Of a stretch of 37,535 bases of DNA, positions 8,401-16,351 are shown piece after piece. Each line of letters opens with the position of its first letter. Position 1 is the stretch's first letter. This stretch comes from a virus (lineage: Duplodnaviria > Caudoviricetes), in the IMG/VR virus record IMGVR_UViG_3300049782_000137, positions 1 to 37,535 of that record; one strand, 5' to 3'. Both the position numbers and the translations under genes were made by a program. The notes beneath the pieces are model-generated. The model had not been told where the DNA came from and did not search any database. It saw only the letters and a list, made by a program, of their open reading frames with translations.

Positions 8401-8859
8401 ATGGAAATGTATACCTACATTAAGAAAATCGTATTTCGTTTGATAGATGGAACGTTAATGGAAGTCAGTGGAGAAGAAGCAACGCACATGTACAACTTCG
8501 TATTAGGAAATGAGGACATTGTTTATATCGAGTTTGAAGTAGGGGAAGCACGTCGTATGGTACCACGTTCCGCCATTGTCTACTTGGATGTAACGGAGCA
8601 TGAGAAAGCGAATAATCTTGCACAGCGTATGGATCACCTGTATGAAGCGATATTGGTGTTCGGGAAGATCAAAAAGGATATCAACCGTTGGAGATATTGG
8701 GCAATCGATCAAGGGAAACTTTATTACTTTGCAGTAGGGTTGGAGCCTGTTCTGTTATCAGAGGATAGAGGAGTCGTGAAACAAGCAGAGATGCTGTTGT
8801 ACTTGCAGACAAAACTGGATGAGATCATCCCACCAGCACAACAAAAGGAAATCGTATAG
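8401..8859 (+). CDS. Hypothetical phage protein
   Basis: 152-aa ORF with SD, in the early operon. Confidence 0.7.
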   Translation: MEMYTYIKKIVFRLIDGTLMEVSGEEATHMYNFVLGNEDIVYIEFEVGEARRMVPRSAIVYLDVTEHEKANNLAQRMDHLYEAILVFGKIKKDINRWRYWAIDQGKLYYFAVGLEPVLLSEDRGVVKQAEMLLYLQTKLDEIIPPAQQKEIV

Positions 8860-8894
8860 GGGATTCTAGCCCCTTCTCATACAGGAGGTAACAC

Positions 8895-9080
8895 ATGACA
8901 AAGCCGATTATTGATAAAAGCAAAATGCTAACCATTGCGCCATTGAAAGTGGAGTATGTGCGAGATCAAAAGATGTTGAGTTTCAATAGATTGGGAGATC
9001 GAACGAACGTATTTGGTTACATCGCAGCTGGTATTCAATTTCTATTTTCTCTACATGGTAAGAAAGGGGATCGCAAATGA
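8895..9080 (+). CDS. Hypothetical phage protein
   Basis: SD AGGAGGT; ATGA overlap with the next gene. Confidence 0.7.
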   Translation: MTKPIIDKSKMLTIAPLKVEYVRDQKMLSFNRLGDRTNVFGYIAAGIQFLFSLHGKKGDRK

Positions 9081-9880
9081 GTGAAAACCTAAACCTGAGT
9101 CAGAAGGTTGTAAAAATCATGTCAGAAGTAAGCAATATTGGCAAGGGTGCATACAACGAAAATCAAAAGTATTGGTACACCGAGGCTGTTGATGTTATTC
9201 GAGAGGTTAGAAAGCAAATGCTTGCTTATCAATTACGACTGAGAAGCGAAGTGACTAGTATCGACCGTCAGCCATGTGGAAAGATGACACTTGCAACTAT
9301 CATGATTCAGTACACCCTGATTGATACAGAAACAGGCGAGATAGAAATCACTCACATGATAGCAGAAGGTGCAGACATTGGAGACAAAGCCATTAACAAG
9401 GCTATGACAAGTGGTCTCAAATACTTCTTTCGAGACACGTTCATGCTAGAGTTTGCCGATGATCCAGAACAAGAATCACCGAAAAATAACAACCGTAATC
9501 AAAAGCAATACAAGGGCAATCAACAACAGAAGTCTAGCAACCAATATAAACAGACTACTACCACAGGAAATAAGCCACAGACGCAAAGCCAGACGGAAAA
9601 AACAGCATCACAGAATGGAAAGTCAGCTGGTAACAAAAAGAAAAGCGACACACCACAACGTAATAAATTCTTTTCACTTTGTGATCAGAAAAAGATAGGC
9701 GAGAAATGGCAGAAGGTTATAACTGAATTCTATACTACAAAGCAAAGTCGGGCAGATGTGACAGAGGAAGAGTACAGGCAGATCAATGAAGAGATACCCA
9801 GCATGTCAAAAGAGAAGCTTTTAGCTATGGCAAAAACAGTCCAAGAACGTAAGGAAGTAAAAGATAAACAAGCATCATAG
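9077..9880 (+). CDS. ERF-family single-strand annealing protein
   Basis: IGKGAYNENQKYWY, GADIGDKAINKAMTSGLKY...DDPE, followed by a Q/N-rich linker. Confidence 0.85.
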   Translation: MSENLNLSQKVVKIMSEVSNIGKGAYNENQKYWYTEAVDVIREVRKQMLAYQLRLRSEVTSIDRQPCGKMTLATIMIQYTLIDTETGEIEITHMIAEGADIGDKAINKAMTSGLKYFFRDTFMLEFADDPEQESPKNNNRNQKQYKGNQQQKSSNQYKQTTTTGNKPQTQSQTEKTASQNGKSAGNKKKSDTPQRNKFFSLCDQKKIGEKWQKVITEFYTTKQSRADVTEEEYRQINEEIPSMSKEKLLAMAKTVQERKEVKDKQAS

Positions 9881-9919
9881 AGGGAGTTTTTCTCCCTCTT
9901 CCTATATAGGAGGTGTCGC

Positions 9920-10150
9920 ATGAAGATATTCCGGTTAGAACGTCACTCAGCATTTGTGGACTGGGAAGAATTGATGAACATCACTGTGATAGCCCAAAAC
10001 GAAGACGAAGCGAGAATGAGGGCATATGTTCATTTGAAAGAAAAAGGCTGTGAGCCATATGCACATGAACTGCTTGAACCAGATAAATGCACATGCAAGG
10101 TAATTCCGTTTAACAAGGGAGTTATAGCAGAAGAATTTAAATCAGCTTAG
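9920..10150 (+). CDS. Hypothetical phage protein
   Basis: SD AGGAGGTG; VIAQNEDEAR motif common in small phage proteins. Confidence 0.7.
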   Translation: MKIFRLERHSAFVDWEELMNITVIAQNEDEARMRAYVHLKEKGCEPYAHELLEPDKCTCKVIPFNKGVIAEEFKSA

Positions 10151-10160
10151 GAGGCACACC

Positions 10161-10445
10161 ATGAGAAATTTAAAACCGAACGAACGCTACTTGATAAATG
10201 AGTTGCTGCATGAATTGGAACCACGTCACATGGATCATTTTCTATCTTTGAGCATTCCAGAACGCTTGGTTATGGCTCTGCAAGTATGGGTGGAACGATA
10301 TCAATTGCTTGGTCCCACTGGAAGACGCTATGACAATGCCGATCAAGCTTACTACTACATTCTCCATTATGGATCGAATATTGAGTTGCCACCTGCTGGA
10401 TATGTGAGGCACCAGCTAAATCACATGAGAGGTGAGAGTGCGTGA
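10161..10445 (+). CDS. Hypothetical phage protein
   Basis: SD AGGAGG; coupled to the next gene. Confidence 0.7.
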   Translation: MRNLKPNERYLINELLHELEPRHMDHFLSLSIPERLVMALQVWVERYQLLGPTGRRYDNADQAYYYILHYGSNIELPPAGYVRHQLNHMRGESA

Positions 10446-10630
10446 AAGTAATTTTCAGTTTGGAGCCAAATAAAACCTCCGCTTTTAAAACACTTGATAT
10501 TCCAGAAGAAGAGTTGGAAGGCTTGGATTCCATTGAGGTTCAAGAGCTAATCAATCAAAAGTATTTGGAATGGGTGTCTGGTTACATCGAGTTCGATTGG
10601 GAAGTAGTAGAAACGGAGGAATCAGAGTGA
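10442..10630 (+). CDS. Small acidic phage protein
   Basis: SD GAGGTG; GTGA overlap. Confidence 0.7.
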   Translation: MKVIFSLEPNKTSAFKTLDIPEEELEGLDSIEVQELINQKYLEWVSGYIEFDWEVVETEESE

Positions 10631-10860
10631 ACCTATTACATGAAATAAATGCAGGATATTACCACGTGAAGTTCTGGAGTTCGAAAGAAGTTGCTCAGAA
10701 TGGAATGGACAATACAGAAATCGTAGAAATGATGCTGAAGTTTGATCAATTCGATCTTGAGAAGGTTAAGCGTCACGCAAAGATACATGGATTTGACCGA
10801 ATCAAGATCACCAAATACCAAGAGATCACAACGTTGCTCAGTTTGGAGGAATCAGCATGA
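10627..10860 (+). CDS. Hypothetical phage protein
   Basis: GTG at 10627 after GGAGGA; overlaps the previous stop. Confidence 0.65.
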   Translation: MNLLHEINAGYYHVKFWSSKEVAQNGMDNTEIVEMMLKFDQFDLEKVKRHAKIHGFDRIKITKYQEITTLLSLEESA

Positions 10861-11036
10861 AGCTAACAAAAGAGACGTTCCTTGTGTGCAAGGGCTGTAA
10901 ATATAACGCTCCTTACAATGGGAGCGAATCAGCTTGCCAGGAACAAGAAACGATGTACAGAGAAATGCTGCTCAAAGGTGATCTGAAAGTCAAAGTGAGT
11001 TGCGAAGATAAACAGAAAAGAGTGTGGTCTGCATGA
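10857..11036 (+). CDS. Small Cys-containing protein (59 aa, MKLTKETFLVCKGCKY...)
   Basis: SD GGAGGA; ATGA overlaps on both sides; not in ORF track. Confidence 0.65.
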   Translation: MKLTKETFLVCKGCKYNAPYNGSESACQEQETMYREMLLKGDLKVKVSCEDKQKRVWSA

Positions 11037-11551
11037 TACAAACCCATCGGTATTTTCTAAACAATGATGAGGATCAAGAAGGCTGGAATCTGGTGATTTT
11101 AGATCAGGATGGAAGAGAATGTACTCTATTTGCTTCTGGTGACTATGGAAGCTATGCAACTCGTTTCTATTTTGAGAAAGATTTCAGGGGAGCATTATTG
11201 GATTTTGACAAAGAGTATCTGCTTCGAAAGATTGCTAAAAGGAACATTTATGACGGTGATCAGACCAAAAAAGAAATTAAGCTCTACATTTTGAGAAGTC
11301 TTTATTCAAGTGGATTAAGCAGAGAAGAAGCCCGACGGGAATGGGACTTGATAGAAGGATATGACATTTGCCATGAAGTGGATTTTCATCACTGGTTGAA
11401 TGCTACAGAGCTAGATTGGGATATAGTGACTGATTTTATGAGTTATAGGTATACAGCTGGAGCAGTGGCATTTGCAGAACGGACTTTACCACGATTGCAC
11501 CAGCTTATATCCAAAGAATTAGAGAAAGAGGTGCAGTCACATGCTAAATAG
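11033..11551 (+). CDS. Hypothetical phage protein
   Basis: Long ORF with an SGDYG motif; ATGA coupled. Confidence 0.7.
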   Translation: MIQTHRYFLNNDEDQEGWNLVILDQDGRECTLFASGDYGSYATRFYFEKDFRGALLDFDKEYLLRKIAKRNIYDGDQTKKEIKLYILRSLYSSGLSREEARREWDLIEGYDICHEVDFHHWLNATELDWDIVTDFMSYRYTAGAVAFAERTLPRLHQLISKELEKEVQSHAK

Positions 11552-11933
11552 GGTCGTACTTATCGGAAGATTAACAAAAGATGTAGAAGTCAGATTTACG
11601 AGTTCGGGAACAGCAGTAGCGAATTTCACTGTCGCATGTAATCGAAAATTCAACGATGAAACGGATTTTATCCAAGTGGTTGTATGGCGTGGGCTTGCGG
11701 AAAATTGCCACAAGTATATTGGCAAAGGCTCATTGGTTGCTCTGGAGGGACGATTACAGGTGAGTAACTATGAGGATCAGGACGGCAAGAAGGTATGGAA
11801 AACAGAGGTTGTAGCAGAGGATGTACGCTTCTTGGATTCGAAGAAAGAGCAGCAGGAAGACCAAGGCGATTCGTTCCAAGTTGTTGGGAAGCCGATTGAT
11901 CTCGATGATTTGGATTTACCATTCGATATTTAG
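11541..11933 (+). CDS. ssb: Single-stranded DNA-binding protein
   Basis: MLNRVVLIGRLTKD...GKGSLVALEGRLQ...acidic DLPF tail. Confidence 0.95.
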   Translation: MLNRVVLIGRLTKDVEVRFTSSGTAVANFTVACNRKFNDETDFIQVVVWRGLAENCHKYIGKGSLVALEGRLQVSNYEDQDGKKVWKTEVVAEDVRFLDSKKEQQEDQGDSFQVVGKPIDLDDLDLPFDI

Positions 11934-11939
11934 ATTCTT

Positions 11940-11969
11940 TGTAACGTTACATGACCGTTACATGTAACA
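11940..11969. repeat. TGTAACGTTACA iteron-like copies upstream of initiator gene
   Basis: TGTAACGTTACA-TGACCGTTACA-TGTAACA; same motif as inside the initiator gene. Confidence 0.7.
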
Positions 11970-12017
11970 TCGGGTGGCTCCGGTCACCCTTCACATACAG
12001 CATAGGAGGAAGAATAG

Positions 12018-13019
12018 ATGAGGCAAGTGGAGTGGATAAAGGTTCGTGTAGATATGTTTGAAGATGAAAAAATCAAGCTCATACAAGCTCTACCAGATGG
12101 AGATGCCATCATTAATATGTGGATTCGTCTTCTATCAATGGCAGGGAAAACAAATGATAATGGCTACATTTATTTAAAGGAAGGTACACCTTACACTCCA
12201 CAAATGCTTTCTATTATCTGGTCAAAAACCCAAACAGTAATTGAGCTGGGACTGAAAACGTTTGTTGATTTTGGAATGATCGAAATTGATACAAAAGGAA
12301 TTTACATCTGCAACTGGGATAAACATCAAAACATCGATGGACTAGACAAGATCAGACAGCAGACAAATGAACGTGTTAGGAAACATAGAGAGAAAAAGAA
12401 ACAACAAGAGTTACCTGTTCCTGATGATGGTAAAGAAGATTGTAACGTTACATGTAACGTTACAATAACGCAAGGTAACGCAACAGAAGAAGAAAGAGAA
12501 TTAGAAAAAGAAATAGATAAAGAAAAAGAAATAGAGAAAAAGAAAAGTCGTCGCAAAAGCTCCGATGATGTTTTGTCTTCTTCCGTTCAAGATATTTGGA
12601 ATCATTATTTGAAAACCTTTGAAGGATTATTTACTAGACTTACCTTGACAGCAAATAGAAAGAAAGTCATTGAACAAAGACTTAAAGATCCGCATCCAGA
12701 GAAGAAGGGAGAATTACTTTTCTCGGTGGAGGATATCAAACTAGCAATAAGCAATATACGTCAATCTGCTTTCCATTGTGGAGAGAACGATAAAAAGAAA
12801 TTCTATGCTCACATTGATTTCATCTGTCGGAATGCCGACATGGTAGAAAAATGGATAAACGAAACACCAAAACCGCAACAACAGAAAGTAATTCCTTTGA
12901 AAGCAGGTGCAAACTATGACAATAAGCATAGCGGACATTTTAACCAAGCTCCAGCAGCGAAACCAATTACGAAAGGAAGAACAGGATGGATCAACCGACC
13001 AAAAAAATACCAAGTATGA
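12018..13019 (+). CDS. Phage replication initiator (replisome organizer N-terminal domain)
   Basis: WIKVRVDMFEDEKIKLI...WIRLLSMAGKTNDNG...ICNWDKHQN...RVRKHR; upstream of the loader gene. Confidence 0.88.
   Translation: MRQVEWIKVRVDMFEDEKIKLIQALPDGDAIINMWIRLLSMAGKTNDNGYIYLKEGTPYTPQMLSIIWSKTQTVIELGLKTFVDFGMIEIDTKGIYICNWDKHQNIDGLDKIRQQTNERVRKHREKKKQQELPVPDDGKEDCNVTCNVTITQGNATEEERELEKEIDKEKEIEKKKSRRKSSDDVLSSSVQDIWNHYLKTFEGLFTRLTLTANRKKVIEQRLKDPHPEKKGELLFSVEDIKLAISNIRQSAFHCGENDKKKFYAHIDFICRNADMVEKWINETPKPQQQKVIPLKAGANYDNKHSGHFNQAPAAKPITKGRTGWINRPKKYQV
12441..12482. repeat. Probable replication origin iterons within initiator gene
   Basis: Two perfect tandem TGTAACGTTACA palindromes plus TAACGCA half copies, followed by an A-rich tract. 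Confidence 0.7.
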
Positions 13020-13725
13020 GTGCCCGAAATGTAAAGACTTAGAAGGGTTCATTGTTCGTCTGGAGGATCGGACCGATGTCTGGAGATATTGTGAGTGTTA
13101 TGAGAAAAAGATGCTTTCCAAGCGTGTAGAGCGGTTATTTAAATCGAGCCAGATTACAGAGAAATTCAGAAAGATGACTTTCGAAAACTTCTCTTTAAAA
13201 GGTCGCCCTCAGTTGATACATCATGCATTTCAATGTGCAGAATCTTATCTGGATTACTACCCTGATATCAAAGAAGAAAGACAAAATAGCATTTCTTTAT
13301 TAGGGCAGCCAGGGAGTGGGAAGACACATCTTCTCACCTCGATTGCAAATGCCCTGCTGGATCAGGGGGTGGGAGTGATCTATTTTCCTTGGGTGGAAGG
13401 GTTGAATGATTTGAAAGATGATTTCTCCCAAAAAAATGAGAAGGTCCAGCAGCTAAAAGAGATCGAGGTTCTATTCATCGATGATCTATTCAAAGGACGA
13501 AAAACGGCGACAGATTGGCAAAAGGAATCTTTGTTCGAGATTATCAATTACCGTTATTTAAATCATCTGCCAGTCTTGATTTCATCAGAAAGAGATATAG
13601 ACGAAATATGTGATGAGGATGAAGGTATAGGCTCACGAATCTATCAAATGTCTAAAGACTTCACTGTTGTTTTAAAAGGGGAAGAGGGCTTGAATTATCG
13701 CTTAGATGAAGAGGAGGCGGTATGA
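12907..13725 (+). CDS. DnaC/IstB-like AAA+ helicase loader
   Basis: CPKC..CEC zinc motif, Walker A GQPGSGKT, Walker B LFIDDL, IINYRY. Confidence 0.9.
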   Translation: MQTMTISIADILTKLQQRNQLRKEEQDGSTDQKNTKYECPKCKDLEGFIVRLEDRTDVWRYCECYEKKMLSKRVERLFKSSQITEKFRKMTFENFSLKGRPQLIHHAFQCAESYLDYYPDIKEERQNSISLLGQPGSGKTHLLTSIANALLDQGVGVIYFPWVEGLNDLKDDFSQKNEKVQQLKEIEVLFIDDLFKGRKTATDWQKESLFEIINYRYLNHLPVLISSERDIDEICDEDEGIGSRIYQMSKDFTVVLKGEEGLNYRLDEEEAV

Positions 13726-13976
13726 TGGCGAAGGTACTACCACTGATAAGGCATCAATATGAATACACAGCTCTACATGATTACAACTTTACCTGGACGG
13801 ATCAACAGCTGCGTGAGTTCCGCAAGCTCTGGAAAAAGGGATTCGGGATTGATTTTATTGGGAGGGAGTTGAACAGGCATGAAATAGAGATTATGTGCTT
13901 GGTCATCGATCAAGCTGAGAAAGGTTACATTGATGCTCGTGAGGGTGGCATCATGGGGAACCGAGGACAAAAATAA
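13722..13976 (+). CDS. Small putative HTH protein
   Basis: FTWTDQQLREFRKLWKKG...IGRELNR; SD GAGGAGG. Confidence 0.7.
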   Translation: MMAKVLPLIRHQYEYTALHDYNFTWTDQQLREFRKLWKKGFGIDFIGRELNRHEIEIMCLVIDQAEKGYIDAREGGIMGNRGQK

Positions 13977-14074
13977 AAGCCAACCTTTAAGCGAGGTCGG
14001 CTGAGCATAGAAATTAAAAACACAAAATTTTCAATTACCAATGATATTTTACGAGAAACAGTAGGCGAAATCAA
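13969..14074 (-). ncRNA. Putative short antisense transcription unit 2
   Basis: Minus-strand TTGATT-17-TAAAAT (14074-14046) and a minus-strand terminator AGCCGACCT/AGGTTGGCT + TTTATTTT (14002-13969). Confidence 0.5.
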
Positions 14075-14086
14075 GGGGGAAGCATC

Positions 14087-14386
14087 ATGAAACGAATGAT
14101 AGATACAGAGAAATTGATAGAGTGGCTAAAAAGTGAAGAAGATAAACATCGTGAAGATTCTTACAAATGTACAGGAAATAAATCTACAATGCTATACGGA
14201 ATGCATGCAGGTATCAATTGGGTGAAACAAAACATCTGGGCAGGGAACTTTGATACGGAGGAAGATGAACAATGTTTTGATTCTATGCTACGTCTTGAGC
14301 CGGATGGACAGTATTGGGTTCTTCGACGGGGTGATACGGGCTGGGTTAGATTGGATCGATTCGTTGAGGAGGGTGACGAATCATGA
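14087..14386 (+). CDS. Hypothetical phage protein
   Basis: MIDTEKLIEWL N-terminus; SD AAGGGGG. Confidence 0.7.
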   Translation: MKRMIDTEKLIEWLKSEEDKHREDSYKCTGNKSTMLYGMHAGINWVKQNIWAGNFDTEEDEQCFDSMLRLEPDGQYWVLRRGDTGWVRLDRFVEEGDES

Positions 14387-14562
14387 GGCATTGGTACAAA
14401 TACAAATTTCGTGGACACAGCATTGGTTGCCAGCCAGATGATTTTGTATCGCATGATGTACAGATTGGGAAATTTGGAGCAGTAGCATATGACAGGGAGT
14501 TGACGGAGGAAGAGATCCAAGCTTATGAATTGGAGCCTGTGAGAGTGGAGGGTGACGAATGA
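14383..14562 (+). CDS. Small DarA C-terminal-like protein (59 aa)
   Basis: MRHWYKYKFRGHSIGCQP...GAVAYDRELTEEEIQAYEL; ATGA coupled; not in ORF track. Confidence 0.65.
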   Translation: MRHWYKYKFRGHSIGCQPDDFVSHDVQIGKFGAVAYDRELTEEEIQAYELEPVRVEGDE

Positions 14563-14717
14563 ACGAAGTGTATTGGGTATTTCGAAAAGCAGAGCATAAA
14601 GAGGAGCCACTGGGGATTATCCACGAATGTGTAGTCTGCGGTGAGTCTGAAGTTATTGATATGTCTGGATGGTGTATGGATTGCCACGAGCAGCATACGG
14701 AGGAGGATGACGAGTAA
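14559..14717 (+). CDS. Small zinc-finger protein (52 aa)
   Basis: CVVC...CMDC; SD GGAGGG; coupled on both sides; not in ORF track. Confidence 0.65.
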   Translation: MNEVYWVFRKAEHKEEPLGIIHECVVCGESEVIDMSGWCMDCHEQHTEEDDE

Positions 14718-15104
14718 TGGAAGTGTTTAGCCAATACGGTGCAATGTATGCAGAGTTATCAGAATCAGATGTAATCGAGAAAAAACCTGTGGAGCTAGGG
14801 GATGGAGTTTTATTACCTGGTGAATGGGTAAGGAAGTTGGGAGAGAAGAAGCGTTCCAGTTTCAGTATGAGCTATGGTTACTATCTTCGATACGCTGGAA
14901 TGGTTGATAAAACTTTGTTATTTGGTGTGAACCATTCCACTGCTCATCCACTCTACTATGCTTTTCACTATATTGATAGCGGGTATCTAGCTGTTATGAA
15001 GTGGAGTTGGATGTGGTTGGGATATTCGCATCAAACATTTAGAGAAATTTACAGAGATCAAGGATGCAGCAGATATACATGAGCAATTGGAACTGTTTCA
15101 ATAA
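14717..15104 (+). pseudogene. Hypothetical protein, probably frameshifted near 15000
   Basis: Track ORF ends at 15082 with an odd W-rich tail; an alternative frame gives GVGCGWDIRIKHLEKF...HEQLELFQ* ending at 15104. Confidence 0.5.
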
Positions 15105-15201
15105 GAAAATCCCTAAATCATGATCCGATCTAGGGAAACTCCTTCGAACAATAGATGGAACTACATACAGCTATTATACCAAAGGAGTGGATAGCATGGA
15201 A
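15103..15201 (-). ncRNA. Putative short antisense transcription unit 3
   Basis: Minus-strand TG-G-TATAAT (15181-15173) and a minus-strand stem TCCCTAGATC/GATTTAGGGA + TTTT (15136-15106). Confidence 0.5.
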
Positions 15202-15591
15202 TTGTATCATGATCTCTGCATTGAAATAGATATTATCACGATTAGAATTAAGAACTTAGAGAACGAATATAATTACTGGTTAGAAGCATCCTTTAAATCT
15301 ACTATTAACAAAGCTTTTCCACTAGACACATGCTTGAATCGGATGCAAAAGATATGTGATTTAGTTGAAGAATATACAAATCTACTAGAAGAAAAAGAGA
15401 GTACCAGAAAAGAAATAGAACAGCGGATGTCTGCGTTTGAGGGTCTTGAATATAAAGTAGCTTATATGCGACATGCAAAGGGGATGACGTTACCAGAGAT
15501 AGCTGCAGATTTAGGTTATTCCTATGATTGGATTAAACGGATAAGCATGAGGATAAGAAAACAGTACACCAAGAGTACACTGACATCTTGA
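15187..15591 (+). CDS. Late-gene transcriptional activator (RinA/ArpU-like, sigma region 4-type HTH)
   Basis: Coiled coil plus YMRHAKGMTLPEIAADLGYSYDWIKR; last early gene before the morons and terminase. Confidence 0.75.
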   Translation: MDSMELYHDLCIEIDIITIRIKNLENEYNYWLEASFKSTINKAFPLDTCLNRMQKICDLVEEYTNLLEEKESTRKEIEQRMSAFEGLEYKVAYMRHAKGMTLPEIAADLGYSYDWIKRISMRIRKQYTKSTLTS

Positions 15592-16113
15592 TTTATCTAA
15601 TTATCCTGACAACAGTTAAAACTATATGTAGTCAGCATCTGGTGAGTTGTTGTGTTTTTATCTTTCTATTCTAACCATTCTATTTTTATCCAATAGAGTA
15701 ACTTCTATAAAAATATGTTTTATGTTAAGATTGATGTGCCATACCCACCTCAACAAAAGGGTAACGATGACATTTCTTCTTTTCAACAGCACTTGGCCGG
15801 AGAAGAAAAAAGACAAGAAGGACGAGGAACAGAAGAAGGAAGAGTAAGCCTCGTCGGCTCGATCCTCATAAAAAGCCCTGACGTCTAGTCATCAGGCAAT
15901 GACTGACCGGATTTACTCAATGGTGATTCGGTCAGTCACAACCTAATCGCTGTCTAATCATTGGTAAAGGTTTTTCTTGAAATATGGGCTAGATCATTCT
16001 ATAAAAGAAAAGCATGTCATAAATGTCGTCATGTTTATATATAGTGCTAGAAAACATGGTTTGTTTAAGAGAGCAAACAGTACACTAAGAGTACACTAAC
16101 GTCTTGATTTATC
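15559..16113 (+). repeat. 39-bp direct repeat (15559-15597 and 16075-16113) with tandem AGTACAC boxes
   Basis: AAACAGTACACYAAGAGTACACTRACRTCTTGATTTATC, 36/39 identical; second copy is followed by TG-T-TATGAT. Confidence 0.8.
15767..15847 (+). CDS. Putative 26-aa micropeptide MTFLLFNSTWPEKKKDKKDEEQKKEE
   Basis: Weak SD AAAGGGT; followed by hairpins; reading frame is uncertain. Confidence 0.3.
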   Translation: MTFLLFNSTWPEKKKDKKDEEQKKEE

Positions 16114-16159
16114 CGTGTTATGATGATATCAAGCAAATTTAACATTCAACTCCTCGGTA

Positions 16160-16205
16160 TAGCAGGGGCGATTAGGAAAGCCTAGTCGCTCTTGTTATTT
16201 TATTT
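16160..16205 (+). terminator. Intrinsic terminator
   Basis: 16-bp stem AGCAGGGGCGATTAGG/CCTAGTCGCTCTTGTT followed by a T-rich tail. Confidence 0.75.
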
Positions 16206-16351
16206 CTAAAGGAGATGAATTGAGGCTTTTCAATTTAGGTTTATGTAATAATTATATAAATTAATATTTATTTTGAAAATAATTGTCAAACCAGCAACTG
16301 ATTTTTGATAAAATGGAATAGTGTGAAAATATATTTACAGGGAGGTTCTTC

